A DNA stretch of 64,000 nucleotides from a virus (lineage: Duplodnaviria > Caudoviricetes): IMG/VR virus record IMGVR_UViG_2654587505_000001, positions 1-64,000 of that record. One strand, given 5' to 3'. Shown here piece after piece: positions 19,801 through 28,575 of this stretch. Below the pieces are notes generated by a model that saw nothing but the letters and a program-made list of their open reading frames with translations, did no database searches and was not told the origin of the DNA. Every line of letters starts with the position of its first letter. Positions within the stretch are counted from its first letter, which is position 1. Position numbers and translations under genes: made by a program.

Positions 19801-20522
19801 GCAATCTCCGCTCTTTCTATTTCTGCATTCTTCTGTATTTGTGCTTGTTGATTTTCATTCCATTGTTTTTCAAAATTTCGCACTCTTTCTTGGCTTTTAA
19901 TTCGAAATTCAGCCATTTGATTAGCGAGATCATTTAATTCTTTTGCTTCTGCATGAGCGGCATCAATTTCTTTTTTTCTTTGAGATTCTTGCTGTTTAGC
20001 AAATTTCTCTTGTGCTTTAATTCGACCATCTGCAATCTGATTTGCAAGTTTTTCGGCATCTGCACGTTCTTTTTCTGCATTATAATTACTTGTGTACCCA
20101 ATGGTCTTAATTGTTCCATCAGGATTAATATATCTATTTTCAGTTACACTTTGATACTTACTTCCAGTTGTGATTGATTCACCAATTTTTTCTTTTACTC
20201 CATTAAATCTTTCTTGTACTCGTAACAGACTTTCTACAGCTTTTGTTTGCTGATTAATGGCTTCTGTTTCATTTTTTATTTTCTGTGTTACATTATTAGT
20301 TACACTACTTTGAACATCGGTTACTTGCGCAATTTTCTTTAAGTTGTTGGCAAATTCATCAAGTATTTTTACAAATGATGTGTCAATGTCAACATCTAGT
20401 TTAACTTTTATTTTCTGTAAACTTGGATGCTTCGAAATTGCCTGAATGGACTCATTGATGGACTTAACTGATAAACCTTTATTTAAATCAGCCTGTATTA
20501 AAATCTTTAGTGTATCTGACAC
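13833..20522 (-). CDS. Tail tape measure protein (TP901 family core)
   Basis: 2229 aa, helical/coiled coil, DALNEVDNNFA..TRESG..GNALKTI core, hydrophobic segments, YHSGGIVG near C-terminus. Confidence 0.93.
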   Translation of the reverse strand: MSDTLKILIQADLNKGLSVKSINESIQAISKHPSLQKIKVKLDVDIDTSFVKILDEFANNLKKIAQVTDVQSSVTNNVTQKIKNETEAINQQTKAVESLLRVQERFNGVKEKIGESITTGSKYQSVTENRYINPDGTIKTIGYTSNYNAEKERADAEKLANQIADGRIKAQEKFAKQQESQRKKEIDAAHAEAKELNDLANQMAEFRIKSQERVRNFEKQWNENQQAQIQKNAEIERAEIAKIQKSRQAYEDWWSKALKNRDISDAVKKTKTQEELLKATRSNLLQEEREYQNFVNKVKKDYDDLQASIRRNLLQEERDTENFVNKAKKQYDSLIKKQEDLILKIGEYQRRYSGDKNLVSNLNNLAVDAKSLNLAQNGEQVLNKLNHRLNEYVNQAKSATSHSISLREALSTAFQKFPIWMVTATAFYAPFRGLQSAIDMVVQLDSQMVELKRVMDQDTNFENMLRGSIELANELGRSITTVNEAMIGFARQGFSEDQVLALTRTATLATNISELSGKEAMDAMTAAMTIFNIEASKSIRIVDALNEVDNNFAVTTKDLAISLMKAGSTAKTFGVTMEETIGDATSIMLATRESGAIAGNALKTIYSRLTTMQPAIDALASIGINVKNASGEMKSATEIIDEYSSKFNSLTKEEQQNTAVVLAGRYQLSRFLAMVQNRAEAHKATQTALHSENSAMRENAKYMESLQARIEKLKAAWQEFSLTIGEAVINDGIIAIVGSLTSLANTFSGAVSTIGFLPIILGAVGVAAAGLNRNFRTLTISVLTLGKGIDALGVSSAKAKVALRGLVASTVVGAAFVALGIALEGVIRNWSELQQVKEKQEQQDKISIQSLSSQEDKVRFLAERYKELSSIINPTREQTEELLKIQNELNDLMPSYTAGIDATGQAHLKSAEAIELETERLKELQNQRDKANTDNFDKNARKQIREIFQNIESAALNRSYLDTLGFALSEKAKTGLLNDISKIDFKNKEIFLKLAGDIEEYNKSVLRTKGSIDALTKEDQNAIKEKIKLGMETVKNTKSNESMIDSYQNLKRETEEYSQKIVELRNQVGNVGNIFSFDELKLMSPEQLDFISRLSKKNIESADSWNAQRRSMLSAGFTLEQVNKIIDAGIKALFNQKAAIDAASGAMEDSNDVNQESLNKHEELYKKIGDTFSRINTLASAYQKLQEGQQLSLDETLNLMEKYPELIDYLSEHNGIIQDRGAILQWVAEKERKAHLAEQQRLLDSVNNTYNALEAKRKMYEIFYTKINPLLVSESFTSKWGNPTGVTEDNNFLFADSYKGKKFGLTEADEKALKDAEKRKKELEVVIALLSQPIDLATYGGNKPKKERDKQDTQATLHTLTDFTKEEINNINQVISARDNNIKSLERQINIADKTGNYNKIIEFTNQLLNEQKSKIDDINTANSRLSSSANNIRSTYQSLADQFAKDGIGFDAWFNDDATASKVFIKTIQDIDKTIQKIEGDGLNLTDTQKVQIKKLENQKSLYEKIFSQIQSIKQAWNGNTEEIQKISDAIDGLSEKVVDAKFNFSKSWIENSKAFGMLDLEGELAAWKRMLENHKDNEQDIQYMREANAAKRKEIEKEIFKLSWELLKQTIDKSVEEVKKYDDQLEISKDRIGLLKEESREYAEELQNQIQILQNKLKAEEAHEQVIRKQMETVGLTQQQWNELNQQLKQSILAQIDIASSIKSTNQSLKEQLNTLSDDVVDIYKEMYKKQKEVALKGIENEQKALEKSHQRKINMLDEEMKKYDELVQARLKALDEQANEEDYQQQLTKLTKERDEIQKEIDKRKLDTSLENKAKTAELLKQLQEKNEEIDDFQKKHLREAAKKALQEQLADKQKSIDSQKEIEDKAYENEKERLDNLREVTDQYYENLIQDERKYRQIREEIQRGYFDRVKADLRQFATFTQNNSQIIGQSISNNLIDKIDDASKRIGETSTIFNTTFSNMATNLQDTMISKVDQLISKFKDLDNLKFGNLTSQLGDINKTIEQMKQNSINWYNSNNEDQQKLSQENQRLGSSIGATMDSNGEWVKDGKQLYSIYYQPKEEEKPKIEKMKENSKLWNSADATRKKELEQANQWMGQQIGATYKNGTWFKNGLPLYHSGGIVGGKSIPLIEKLHKMFNLGSDEELSILKKGELVIKNKPVDIISKLINKIKTPDFSNFSLSPRAVTAGNNVYHDYTFRIDKVIGDKKGAESFVEEVFKNMKNKGKV

Positions 20523-20824
20523 AATAATTCACTCCTTTTCAAAAAATAGAAAAAGAAGCGAACTAAGTTATATCGCTTCTTTAAATCACTATATTTTATT
20601 TAAAAATCAAACAAAAAAGTGTGGCATTACGCCACTAATTATGAACCCACAAAAAATAACACTTTGACTACGTAAACAACATTATTATGAAATAAGCATT
20701 TTATCTTCTCTTTAACAAAATTAACCATACCTCAAGAATAGAGAGATATGGTCTGTTTTGTTAAAGAATAAAAAAATTAAATTAGAATTATATGGCCAAT
20801 CCTGTATTGATTCTTAGTGACTTG

Positions 20825-21019
20825 CTAACTTTGAGTACTACAAGTGTTTTCGCTCCATTTAATGGGATTGTCACTAATATAAGGCTTATAAAGATATGGA
20901 GAAGCGGTATATGTGTAAGTCTGTTTAGGTTGAGTTTCAATAAGTTTTTTAAATTCAATCACTTCTTGAGGGGTTCCCTCAACTTCAAATCCATAAATAT
21001 TGGCTTTCATTAGGTTCAC
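20825..21019 (-). CDS. Small hypothetical protein
   Basis: 64 aa, GAGGTG RBS, VEGTPQE motif common in small phage proteins. Confidence 0.6.
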   Translation of the reverse strand: MNLMKANIYGFEVEGTPQEVIEFKKLIETQPKQTYTYTASPYLYKPYISDNPIKWSENTCSTQS

Positions 21020-21028
21020 ACCTCACTA

Positions 21029-22042
21029 TTATGCAAAATTAAACATATTATTTATCATTTCTTCTGAATGATCTTTCGCATAACCTTGCGTAGTTTTAGG
21101 GTCAGAATGATGAAGGAACAATTGAACTTCTTCAAGCTTAAATTTTTTCGGTTTTCCTTCTTCATCTAGGATTCTCAAATCTTCGCCTTGAAGTAAACAT
21201 TCTGCCCTAGAATGTCGTAAACTGTGAGGGAAAAATTGAATATCTTTTCCTTCAATTTCACTTAGCACCTTAGACATATACACAACACGATCATACAAGA
21301 CATCATAACCAGCAGGTTTCTTGTTTTCTCCGCTACCAATAATCCACAAAGAATCTATATCATCTTCGCCACGCTGTTTTAAATATTCAGCAATTAATTC
21401 TCTTGTATCATTTAAATAAACAAGTGGAAATGTCTTACCTCGTTTACCTACCACAATATTTGTCTTATTTCCATCAAGAAGTCCATGTTTAACTATTTGA
21501 CTGACTTCATTGCGTCTCCCACCGCTATCAAACATTACCATAAGTAAAACAGCATATTGCAACTTACCGCGATTAATTAGTTCTTGTCTAAGTTTCATTA
21601 CTTGCTCGAAAGTTAAAAAGAAATCATCTTCATTTGTTCTAACAGGTTCTTTCGGCAAGCCTTTAACTTTCTTTGCAACATTATTATCATAGTCATAATC
21701 ATCGTCATCTTCACAATATGTAAGAAGGGAACGTACAGCGCTCATAAGTCGGTTTGACCTAGCATTACTTAGTTTTAATTCTTCACTTAACCAAATACTG
21801 AAACGTCTAAAATCCTTTTTACCTAAATCAAAAATACATTTATTACCCAATTTACGTTTAATGTAAATTAAAACAATCCTCAAGTCATTCTTATACTGGT
21901 CGATTGTGGATTTCTTCATCTTGCGTTGAGTATATTCTTCAAGAAAATCTTCCATAATATTTTTATTTTCTTGATTTACTTCTTTCCATTCTTCTATATT
22001 AAAAATTCTGTTGTATACTGTTCCACGTTCTGATTTGCTCAC
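21029..22042 (-). CDS. Tyrosine recombinase inside tail operon (YomM-like)
   Basis: Catalytic set R (GGRRNE), K (GKRGK), HSLR, HH, Y (TTQGY); same position as SPbeta yomM. Confidence 0.9.
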   Translation of the reverse strand: MSKSERGTVYNRIFNIEEWKEVNQENKNIMEDFLEEYTQRKMKKSTIDQYKNDLRIVLIYIKRKLGNKCIFDLGKKDFRRFSIWLSEELKLSNARSNRLMSAVRSLLTYCEDDDDYDYDNNVAKKVKGLPKEPVRTNEDDFFLTFEQVMKLRQELINRGKLQYAVLLMVMFDSGGRRNEVSQIVKHGLLDGNKTNIVVGKRGKTFPLVYLNDTRELIAEYLKQRGEDDIDSLWIIGSGENKKPAGYDVLYDRVVYMSKVLSEIEGKDIQFFPHSLRHSRAECLLQGEDLRILDEEGKPKKFKLEEVQLFLHHSDPKTTQGYAKDHSEEMINNMFNFA

Positions 22043-22054
22043 TGAATCACCTTC

Positions 22055-22507
22055 CTAAATTACATCAAACCCTCTTTTCTTCATACCCCTTTTATATGAT
22101 TCAATATGTCTACCATTATGTTTCAAGAAATTAATAGTATCTTCGTAGAAATTACGCTCAAATGGTTGAGCACGATAAATTGCAGAATTTACCCAACTAT
22201 AGCCAATACCTTTAGCTACAATTCTAGCTACATCTCTATCACCATCATGTCTTGTATTAATAATTTGTATTGTATCATTATCAATCACAGTTACTTCCAT
22301 ATTTGCAATATTGGATAGTTCGTGAGTTCTAACGTACTGAGTAGGGGTATATTGTTCATAAGTCACTTCTTCAATTACTTCATGCATTTGCTGTTTAACA
22401 GCGTCTGCCACTTCATTTTGTAGCACTTTACTGTTCTCGCTATGAATATATTTAAACAAATCATTCAGATTCGTGAAGTTCTTGTTTGCCATTTTCTTCA
22501 CCTGCAT
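22055..22507 (-). CDS. Putative tail completion/neck protein
   Basis: YTPTQYVRT motif and synteny; likely start ATG ~22492. Confidence 0.6.
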   Translation of the reverse strand: MQVKKMANKNFTNLNDLFKYIHSENSKVLQNEVADAVKQQMHEVIEEVTYEQYTPTQYVRTHELSNIANMEVTVIDNDTIQIINTRHDGDRDVARIVAKGIGYSWVNSAIYRAQPFERNFYEDTINFLKHNGRHIESYKRGMKKRGFDVI

Positions 22508-22961
22508 TATTTTCTGTCGATCTTATTTTGTCTACTTCTTTTTTTAATTCTTGTGTAACAAATTTGAAAGTTTTTTCGATTTCTTCAAATATAGTTTCCA
22601 ATTCTTTTCCTTCAAAAGAACTGATAATTTTCTCAAGGTATCCTCCGTCTTTTAAATAATCAAGCATTTCCATTATTCCATCATAGCCTTCTGCATCAGT
22701 CTCAATAGATGTGAAATGCTTGATTATTAAAGCAGTACCTAAAGCAAGGACAACACCAGAGTCTATTTTTTTATTATCAATCAATGCAGTGTGTACAATA
22801 TCCATGAATTCTGCTGTAAGTAAATTTCTTCTGGAAGGGCGAAAAACAACATCAATATCAACACTAACCCCATCAAAAATAACCTTTTTCTTATCTTTGA
22901 ATTTTTGGTTAACCTGTTTTTTTACCAAGTTCATAGAAAGATTTTTTGTAGTTTTACTCAT
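22461..22961 (-). CDS. Putative tail assembly chaperone
   Basis: Between tail tube and tape measure; AGGGAG RBS. Confidence 0.55.
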   Translation of the reverse strand: MSKTTKNLSMNLVKKQVNQKFKDKKKVIFDGVSVDIDVVFRPSRRNLLTAEFMDIVHTALIDNKKIDSGVVLALGTALIIKHFTSIETDAEGYDGIMEMLDYLKDGGYLEKIISSFEGKELETIFEEIEKTFKFVTQELKKEVDKIRSTENNAGEENGKQELHESE

Positions 22962-23091
22962 CTAAATCATTCTCCCTTATTTTTTATTTTCTCGGTTTTT
23001 TCTTTTGTCTTCATAACTAAAAAAATAATAAAACTACTATCTTAATAGAATAATCTACATTCATATTGAATTCAGACTTTATATATAGAAA

Positions 23092-23241
23092 CTATTTATC
23101 ATTTTCTTCTTTAATTGGATTTGTTAAAACACTCATAATTTCATTTAATGCTCGATTTTCCTTCAATCCCTCATACTTAACACGATCAAGAAACAAAAAA
23201 ATATTATTTAATACTGCATCAGAAATCTCAAACTTAGCCAT
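23092..23241 (-). CDS. Small hypothetical protein (49 aa, MAKFEISDAV...; not in ORF track)
   Basis: AGGGAG RBS, ATG 23241, TAG 23092. Confidence 0.6.
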   Translation of the reverse strand: MAKFEISDAVLNNIFLFLDRVKYEGLKENRALNEIMSVLTNPIKEENDK

Positions 23242-23287
23242 TATAACAACTCCCTATAAAATGAGAATTTTATCATAGTTTTTTAAA

Positions 23288-23318
23288 AAAATAAGGCAGA
23301 GGTTATCTCTGCCTTATT
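23288..23318 (-). terminator. Terminator after major tail gene
   Basis: AATAAGGCAGAG-loop-CTCTGCCTTATT plus T-run on minus strand. Confidence 0.8.
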
Positions 23319-23364
23319 CGGTAGGTTTGGTTATATTTAAATAATTTATTCTATATAATTATTA

Positions 23365-24141
23365 TTACTCGTCCTCATAAATAGTCATGTCATATAATGT
23401 ATCCACACCGTTGATTTTTACAGGGAACACATCAAATACCAATGATAAAGTAGAAGGGTCTCCTGACGGGGCACTGGTAATCGTAAAGTTAGGTTGCAAT
23501 TTAGCCCTATAGTATTTTAATTGTGCAGATACTACTTCACCAGAATTTTCATCACTATAAACAGTGTCACCAACCATAAATATATATGGAGGAAATCCTT
23601 TTGCTGTAAAAGAAAGTTTGTGAGTGTTAGTTGCATTCCATCTATAATAAACTTGAACTTCATCACCGATATTAGCCGTAGAAGTTGAAGCTAATTGCAA
23701 TTCTTTGTTGCTAATAGTCTCAACTGTTTGCGATTGTCCCAAGATACCGTTTTTATAGACAAAGACAGCTACATCATCGACTGTTCCCACTGGTATCTTG
23801 GACAGATTGATTATTTTGGTTCCTGTTCCACCATTTTCAACCGTAAGAACTTCACTCTTATAAATCTCATTTGCACCAGACACAATATTTTCACCAGCTA
23901 AAAGCGCCAAATGTTGCATAGTAAAAATTTGAGTCTCTACAGTAACAATTGTTTCTTTGTCTCCATGCCATGCAATACGTCTTGGATTCCCTCTGCCTCC
24001 TCTTGCATATACAGTCTCGGCAGTATTTTCTGTTTGCGAAGAAGTAGCATAATCCATTGTCATAATTGGAGCTTTTGTTAAATAGTTAAAAAGCTGTAAA
24101 TCCATAACTTCCCTTGAACCATAACGACCTAAATCTAGCAT
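23365..24141 (-). CDS. Major tail tube protein
   Basis: RYGSREV, YARGG.GNPRRI.W, GDPSTL motifs; AAGGAGG RBS; followed by terminator. Confidence 0.8.
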   Translation of the reverse strand: MLDLGRYGSREVMDLQLFNYLTKAPIMTMDYATSSQTENTAETVYARGGRGNPRRIAWHGDKETIVTVETQIFTMQHLALLAGENIVSGANEIYKSEVLTVENGGTGTKIINLSKIPVGTVDDVAVFVYKNGILGQSQTVETISNKELQLASTSTANIGDEVQVYYRWNATNTHKLSFTAKGFPPYIFMVGDTVYSDENSGEVVSAQLKYYRAKLQPNFTITSAPSGDPSTLSLVFDVFPVKINGVDTLYDMTIYEDE

Positions 24142-24211
24142 TTATTTGTTCCTCCTTATATTATGTAGAATAAAAAAAATCTCCTTTCGGAGACTTTAAT
24201 TAAATATGTAT

Positions 24212-24943
24212 CTATAATTTACTTTTAGTAATCCATTCTGGAAGTTTATCGTCTTTGCTAAGGTATCCATTTGCCCACACGCGCAATAATCGAGTGTGTT
24301 GTTCTTTAATGTTTAATCTTTCAAAATGCTCATACACTTGATAGATCGTTAATTGTCCAACATTAAACACATTGACTCCATTGCCATCGGCATTACAAAG
24401 AATTGAAAGAATATCTTTAAGTCCTAACGAATCATCAGTAGTATTCTTTTTATATTTTACCCTTAGCTTTTCTCTTTTTTCATACAATTCTTTTGCTTTT
24501 TTATTTTTAAATTTAACAGACTTATTTTTTTCTTCAACTATCCCATTTAGCTCTGATATTACATTTGACACTTCAACATAATTCTCTTTATCAATAATGA
24601 CTTGATTGTTGGCGACATATGCAAACAATATACTATCGAATTCAACATTTTCTCTTGTAAAAAAACATAAAGCATTTTTTAATACATCTCTGATTGCTGG
24701 AATAGATACAAATAATTCATAAGCATCTTCATTTTCAATTTCCTCATAATTTTCACTGGATAAATTGAATAAATTCTTAAATACCACTTCTTTATTGAAT
24801 GTTGCAACAGCCAAATAAATGTTATATTGAATTTCTCCAATATCGTCAATTGCATCGATAGTAGGAGAATAAATATTAACATTTTTTATTTTTACGGGTC
24901 TTTTTCCAAGAAAATAACGTAAGCGATTATTCAAATAAATCAC
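24212..24943 (-). CDS. Hypothetical tail-associated protein (YomV-like by synteny)
   Basis: 243 aa; NVGQLTIYQ motif; position upstream of tail tube. Confidence 0.6.
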   Translation of the reverse strand: MIYLNNRLRYFLGKRPVKIKNVNIYSPTIDAIDDIGEIQYNIYLAVATFNKEVVFKNLFNLSSENYEEIENEDAYELFVSIPAIRDVLKNALCFFTRENVEFDSILFAYVANNQVIIDKENYVEVSNVISELNGIVEEKNKSVKFKNKKAKELYEKREKLRVKYKKNTTDDSLGLKDILSILCNADGNGVNVFNVGQLTIYQVYEHFERLNIKEQHTRLLRVWANGYLSKDDKLPEWITKSKL

Positions 24944-25426
24944 CTATCCAAAATCAACAGGACGATAATGCAGGTATGCTCCCATATATTGTTCATTAAT
25001 TGTAATTTCTTTTGCGCCCATAAATTCCAGAGTGCCGATACCGACACCTCTTTTACCTTCAAACAAATCATCGATTTCAGAAATCAGATAGTCTGTTCTT
25101 AAAAATCCATAATCAGTTCTAAATAAATCTTTATGTGTTATTACATTAATAAAGATATTTCCTGCTTTAAATTTAATGCTTCCTGCTTTACGATAATCCG
25201 TTATAGATATTGTTATATATGTTTTTGCAACACTGAGATTATCAGCATTTTCTGGGATATAATTGTAAGGATAGATATTCTCATATAATAATTGTTCGGG
25301 TGCAACGTCAGGCTTCTCAAGAAAACTTCTATCTTGATAAAATACAGCCTTACATATATTTTGGTTTCCAACCAATCTTTCTATGATTGTATTTTTATAC
25401 TTGGTTAATTCCTTAAGTCTAGACAT
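24944..25426 (-). CDS. Putative tail terminator protein
   Basis: 160 aa in head-tail connector block; RTDYLISEID motif. Confidence 0.55.
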   Translation of the reverse strand: MSRLKELTKYKNTIIERLVGNQNICKAVFYQDRSFLEKPDVAPEQLLYENIYPYNYIPENADNLSVAKTYITISITDYRKAGSIKFKAGNIFINVITHKDLFRTDYGFLRTDYLISEIDDLFEGKRGVGIGTLEFMGAKEITINEQYMGAYLHYRPVDFG

Positions 25427-25447
25427 TTACTCACCTCACAATTATTT

Positions 25448-25963
25448 TTAATTTACAATATAATCCCTTTCAATATGAAATATTAGATTGCCTCCAAAAG
25501 CTGTCGCGCGTGTGTCATCTAATGTAGTGATCACATTCATTAATGCAGTAAGTGGCATTGGAGTAGTACGATGAATTTCTTCACCCATGCTATTACGTGC
25601 AATCGCAATATAATTGTTTCCATTTGGGGTTAAGTTACCTTGTTCATAAGTTACACTAGCACAAGATAGTGCAGATATTGCACTTGTTTTGTCTGTATGC
25701 AAACTCTTATTAAATGCAACTTTTAACTTATTATCAGTCCCAACAGAAAACGCATATCCATACCCTTCTTCAATTGGTATATCCAAATCAGACTCAACAA
25801 TTTCTATTGCAGGAGTAGAAGCCTTAAGAATAACATCGCCATCTAATCCACTGCTATGGAGTTTTGATTTAGGTAGTACATCATAGACAAGCCAATTATT
25901 CACTTCACCTTGAACAAAGCTCTCTACGCGCAACTCACCAAGCCTTACTATAGCTTCTGCCAT
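25448..25963 (-). CDS. Hypothetical structural protein
   Basis: 171 aa ORF in connector block. Confidence 0.65.
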   Translation of the reverse strand: MAEAIVRLGELRVESFVQGEVNNWLVYDVLPKSKLHSSGLDGDVILKASTPAIEIVESDLDIPIEEGYGYAFSVGTDNKLKVAFNKSLHTDKTSAISALSCASVTYEQGNLTPNGNNYIAIARNSMGEEIHRTTPMPLTALMNVITTLDDTRATAFGGNLIFHIERDYIVN

Positions 25964-25980
25964 TTTACACCATCCGTTTC

Positions 25981-27255
25981 TTATGTATATGATTTTATGT
26001 AGATTCTTTTGTGTCCTGAAATCAATCCATTCATACTGTTAACATGAAGTCTAATATAACCTGTTTTATTGCCAGCTAATATAACACATTCATTACTAAC
26101 CTGAGAGGAGAGGGTTGCCAAATTCGTAGGAGAAAATCCATCGTCTGCAGTTATATAGAATGTGGCTTGCTCATCAATCACATGTCCGTTATTTTTGAAT
26201 ATCGGAGTATATTTAGACGATTTGTTATAATAGATAGAGTCATTTCCTTCCAAATCAACTGTATAATTATTGTACTGAATATCCCGAACAAAAATTACTA
26301 TAGACGATGTAATACCCTTGTACTCAGCAGTTATGAGTGTACTTCCAATTGAAACAGGAGTAAAGAGTCCAGAATTATCAATAATTCCCACATTCGGATT
26401 ATCTGATACAAATGTTATTTCATTGATGTTTACAGGAGTATTATTTTTTAATGCCTCAACACTTAGTTGTAAGGTTTGATTTAATTCAACAGAAATGTTG
26501 TTATCATTTAAAATTTTCAGACTATAATTACTTTCACGATAATCAGCAATTCCTAGATCCTCATTATCTGTAGCAGGATTAAATAAGTCATCTTGCATAT
26601 TAAGATTCACAATTCCATCGTCACTAATAGCATCAAAATCAATCACTTTAAACACACTTCCACCAAACATAAATCTCATATGCCTTTTAAATTTAACAGT
26701 GTGCTCATTCCTTTGAACTATAACTTGTCTTCTGCCATTTGGAAGCATCATCAGTTTATCACTGCTAATCCCAAAATTTGATCGACTATTTGAAAAAAAG
26801 ATACAAGGAAATATTTGTATATTTCCATTATCATCTATCCATTTAAGTTCAGCATTACACTCCTGCATTATACTTAAATCATATCCATCTTCTCTTATTT
26901 CAATAGTCTTCAAAAATAAATATGTTTTTCTTGCTTCATTATTAAATGCAAATTCTACAATGTCGCCAGCTCTAATATTGTCTTCATGTTTAGTTATAAC
27001 TTCTCTGTAAAATACAAGCTGAATATTACTCAATGCTGATTTTTTTGGTAGATTCCCATAATCAACAATGCATTTGTATTCTAATCCATTTTTAATAATA
27101 GTGTTTGCTCTGTCAGAATGAATAATGATATCTAAATGAGAAATTGTCGAATGATATTGATTGCTGTAACGTTCTGCTAATTTTTGTAGAGTTTTATTTT
27201 GGTATGTGCCATTTTCTACATATTTTTTATATTTATTAATATTCGAAATGTTCAT
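25981..27255 (-). CDS. Putative head closure protein with Ig-like (Big_2) domain
   Basis: FVSDNPNVGIIDNSG..GSTLITAEY Ig-like motif; CNAELKW motif; synteny. Confidence 0.65.
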   Translation of the reverse strand: MNISNINKYKKYVENGTYQNKTLQKLAERYSNQYHSTISHLDIIIHSDRANTIIKNGLEYKCIVDYGNLPKKSALSNIQLVFYREVITKHEDNIRAGDIVEFAFNNEARKTYLFLKTIEIREDGYDLSIMQECNAELKWIDDNGNIQIFPCIFFSNSRSNFGISSDKLMMLPNGRRQVIVQRNEHTVKFKRHMRFMFGGSVFKVIDFDAISDDGIVNLNMQDDLFNPATDNEDLGIADYRESNYSLKILNDNNISVELNQTLQLSVEALKNNTPVNINEITFVSDNPNVGIIDNSGLFTPVSIGSTLITAEYKGITSSIVIFVRDIQYNNYTVDLEGNDSIYYNKSSKYTPIFKNNGHVIDEQATFYITADDGFSPTNLATLSSQVSNECVILAGNKTGYIRLHVNSMNGLISGHKRIYIKSYT

Positions 27256-27737
27256 GACGAACCACTACCGTAGATACTTTTATAATTCCAAGTAATTCTA
27301 TCTCTACTTAAGTAATTTTGAATGGCATCCACGGATGAGTTTTCTAGATCGCTTATCATATTTAAAACAGTTCTTCGTTCATTTGATGGGCTAAACACAT
27401 TTAATTCGCTACTACGAAAAGTCAATTCAAAGGCAGTTACTTTGTTTTTTTGCTCTTCAAAGTACGAAAAATACATTAAATCAGAAAGCAGATCAATCTC
27501 TTGATTTACTAAATCAACATTAAACTCCTGCAATTCATCATTTCTATCATATAAGTTGATGTCTGGATTACCAAACTTATAAATGAATGAAACAGACCTA
27601 TCCAATAGACTGTTTAAGTGGTCATTAATCATTTCTTCGACTTCTTCATCTGTCAAATTCTTATAATTAAAAAAATTTTCATCATTTTTAAGTTTCTTTA
27701 TAAATTTTTTAAAAATTAACTCATATGAAGTTGCCAA
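27252..27737 (-). CDS. Putative head-tail adaptor (YomZ-like by synteny)
   Basis: TTG start with AGGTGA RBS; MATSYE start; downstream of capsid block. Confidence 0.6.
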   Translation of the reverse strand: MATSYELIFKKFIKKLKNDENFFNYKNLTDEEVEEMINDHLNSLLDRSVSFIYKFGNPDINLYDRNDELQEFNVDLVNQEIDLLSDLMYFSYFEEQKNKVTAFELTFRSSELNVFSPSNERRTVLNMISDLENSSVDAIQNYLSRDRITWNYKSIYGSGSS

Positions 27738-27747
27738 ATAATATCAC

Positions 27748-28509
27748 CTACCCGTTCTTAGGTGGTCTTCCTGCTTGCTTTTTACTTTGAGTATCGTAGG
27801 ACACTTGATTATTTTGGGTTAATTCTTCAACTTTTTTAAGCAATTTCTCTATGGCAGCTTGAGATTGAATAATTACTTCATTCTTTGCTTTAATTTCTGC
27901 TTCTTTTTCTTTCTCAAGTGTAGCAACTTTTTCCATTAGCTCATTTAAAGTATTTTGAAGTTTGTTTTCCTCATTAACTTTTTTCTCTGCTTCTAGAATT
28001 TTATTAATTTCGCTATCTGGATTCCGTTTTCCTCCGCTGATCAACTCATTTCCTCTTTCAATCACAGATGCAGAAATACGGTGTGGAGGAATCTTACCTG
28101 CTCTTTCTAAAATAAAAAGCATGGATTTCATTCTTGAAATCAAAGTTACTGATCTAAGATTACTAATACGTTTTACATTTTCAATAGTATCCGTCATAAG
28201 AAATTCAGCTAATTGTTTATCTGTCATTATATTTTCACGATCTTCAATTCCTAACTTTTGATATACTTCATCTTCTTCATCAGGATGGAAGCGAATCCTT
28301 CCTACTTTAAATAGATCGGACTTGGAATTTTCAGCTTCAATATCATCAAAAGCAACTCTTTCTACAACGAATTCCTCTTCTTCATCTCGTCCACGGAGAA
28401 ATACTCCTTGTTGACTATGTTGACTTGGAAACCCAACTGGCGATAATTCATAGTTGTAGACTCTAATCTTTCCATTTAGTAAATCTATACTCATTCTAAT
28501 CTCTCCCAT
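27748..28509 (-). CDS. Hypothetical protein (YonA-like by synteny)
   Basis: 253 aa, C-terminal coiled coil and GRPPK. Confidence 0.65.
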   Translation of the reverse strand: MGEIRMSIDLLNGKIRVYNYELSPVGFPSQHSQQGVFLRGRDEEEEFVVERVAFDDIEAENSKSDLFKVGRIRFHPDEEDEVYQKLGIEDRENIMTDKQLAEFLMTDTIENVKRISNLRSVTLISRMKSMLFILERAGKIPPHRISASVIERGNELISGGKRNPDSEINKILEAEKKVNEENKLQNTLNELMEKVATLEKEKEAEIKAKNEVIIQSQAAIEKLLKKVEELTQNNQVSYDTQSKKQAGRPPKNG

Positions 28510-28523
28510 TATTATTTTTAAAT

Positions 28524-28561
28524 ATTAAAGACGCTTCATCTAAAAGAATCAGCGTCTTTAA
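28524..28561 (-). terminator. Hairpin/terminator after capsid gene
   Basis: TTAAAGACGCT ... AGCGTCTTTAA inverted repeat. Confidence 0.55.
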
Positions 28562-28575
28562 TATTTCTCGTTTAA

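Noticed and set aside
24085-24110. MDLQLF in the tail tube N-terminus as a Prp site
   Set aside because: Followed by N rather than A/S and lacks the upstream LxL pattern.
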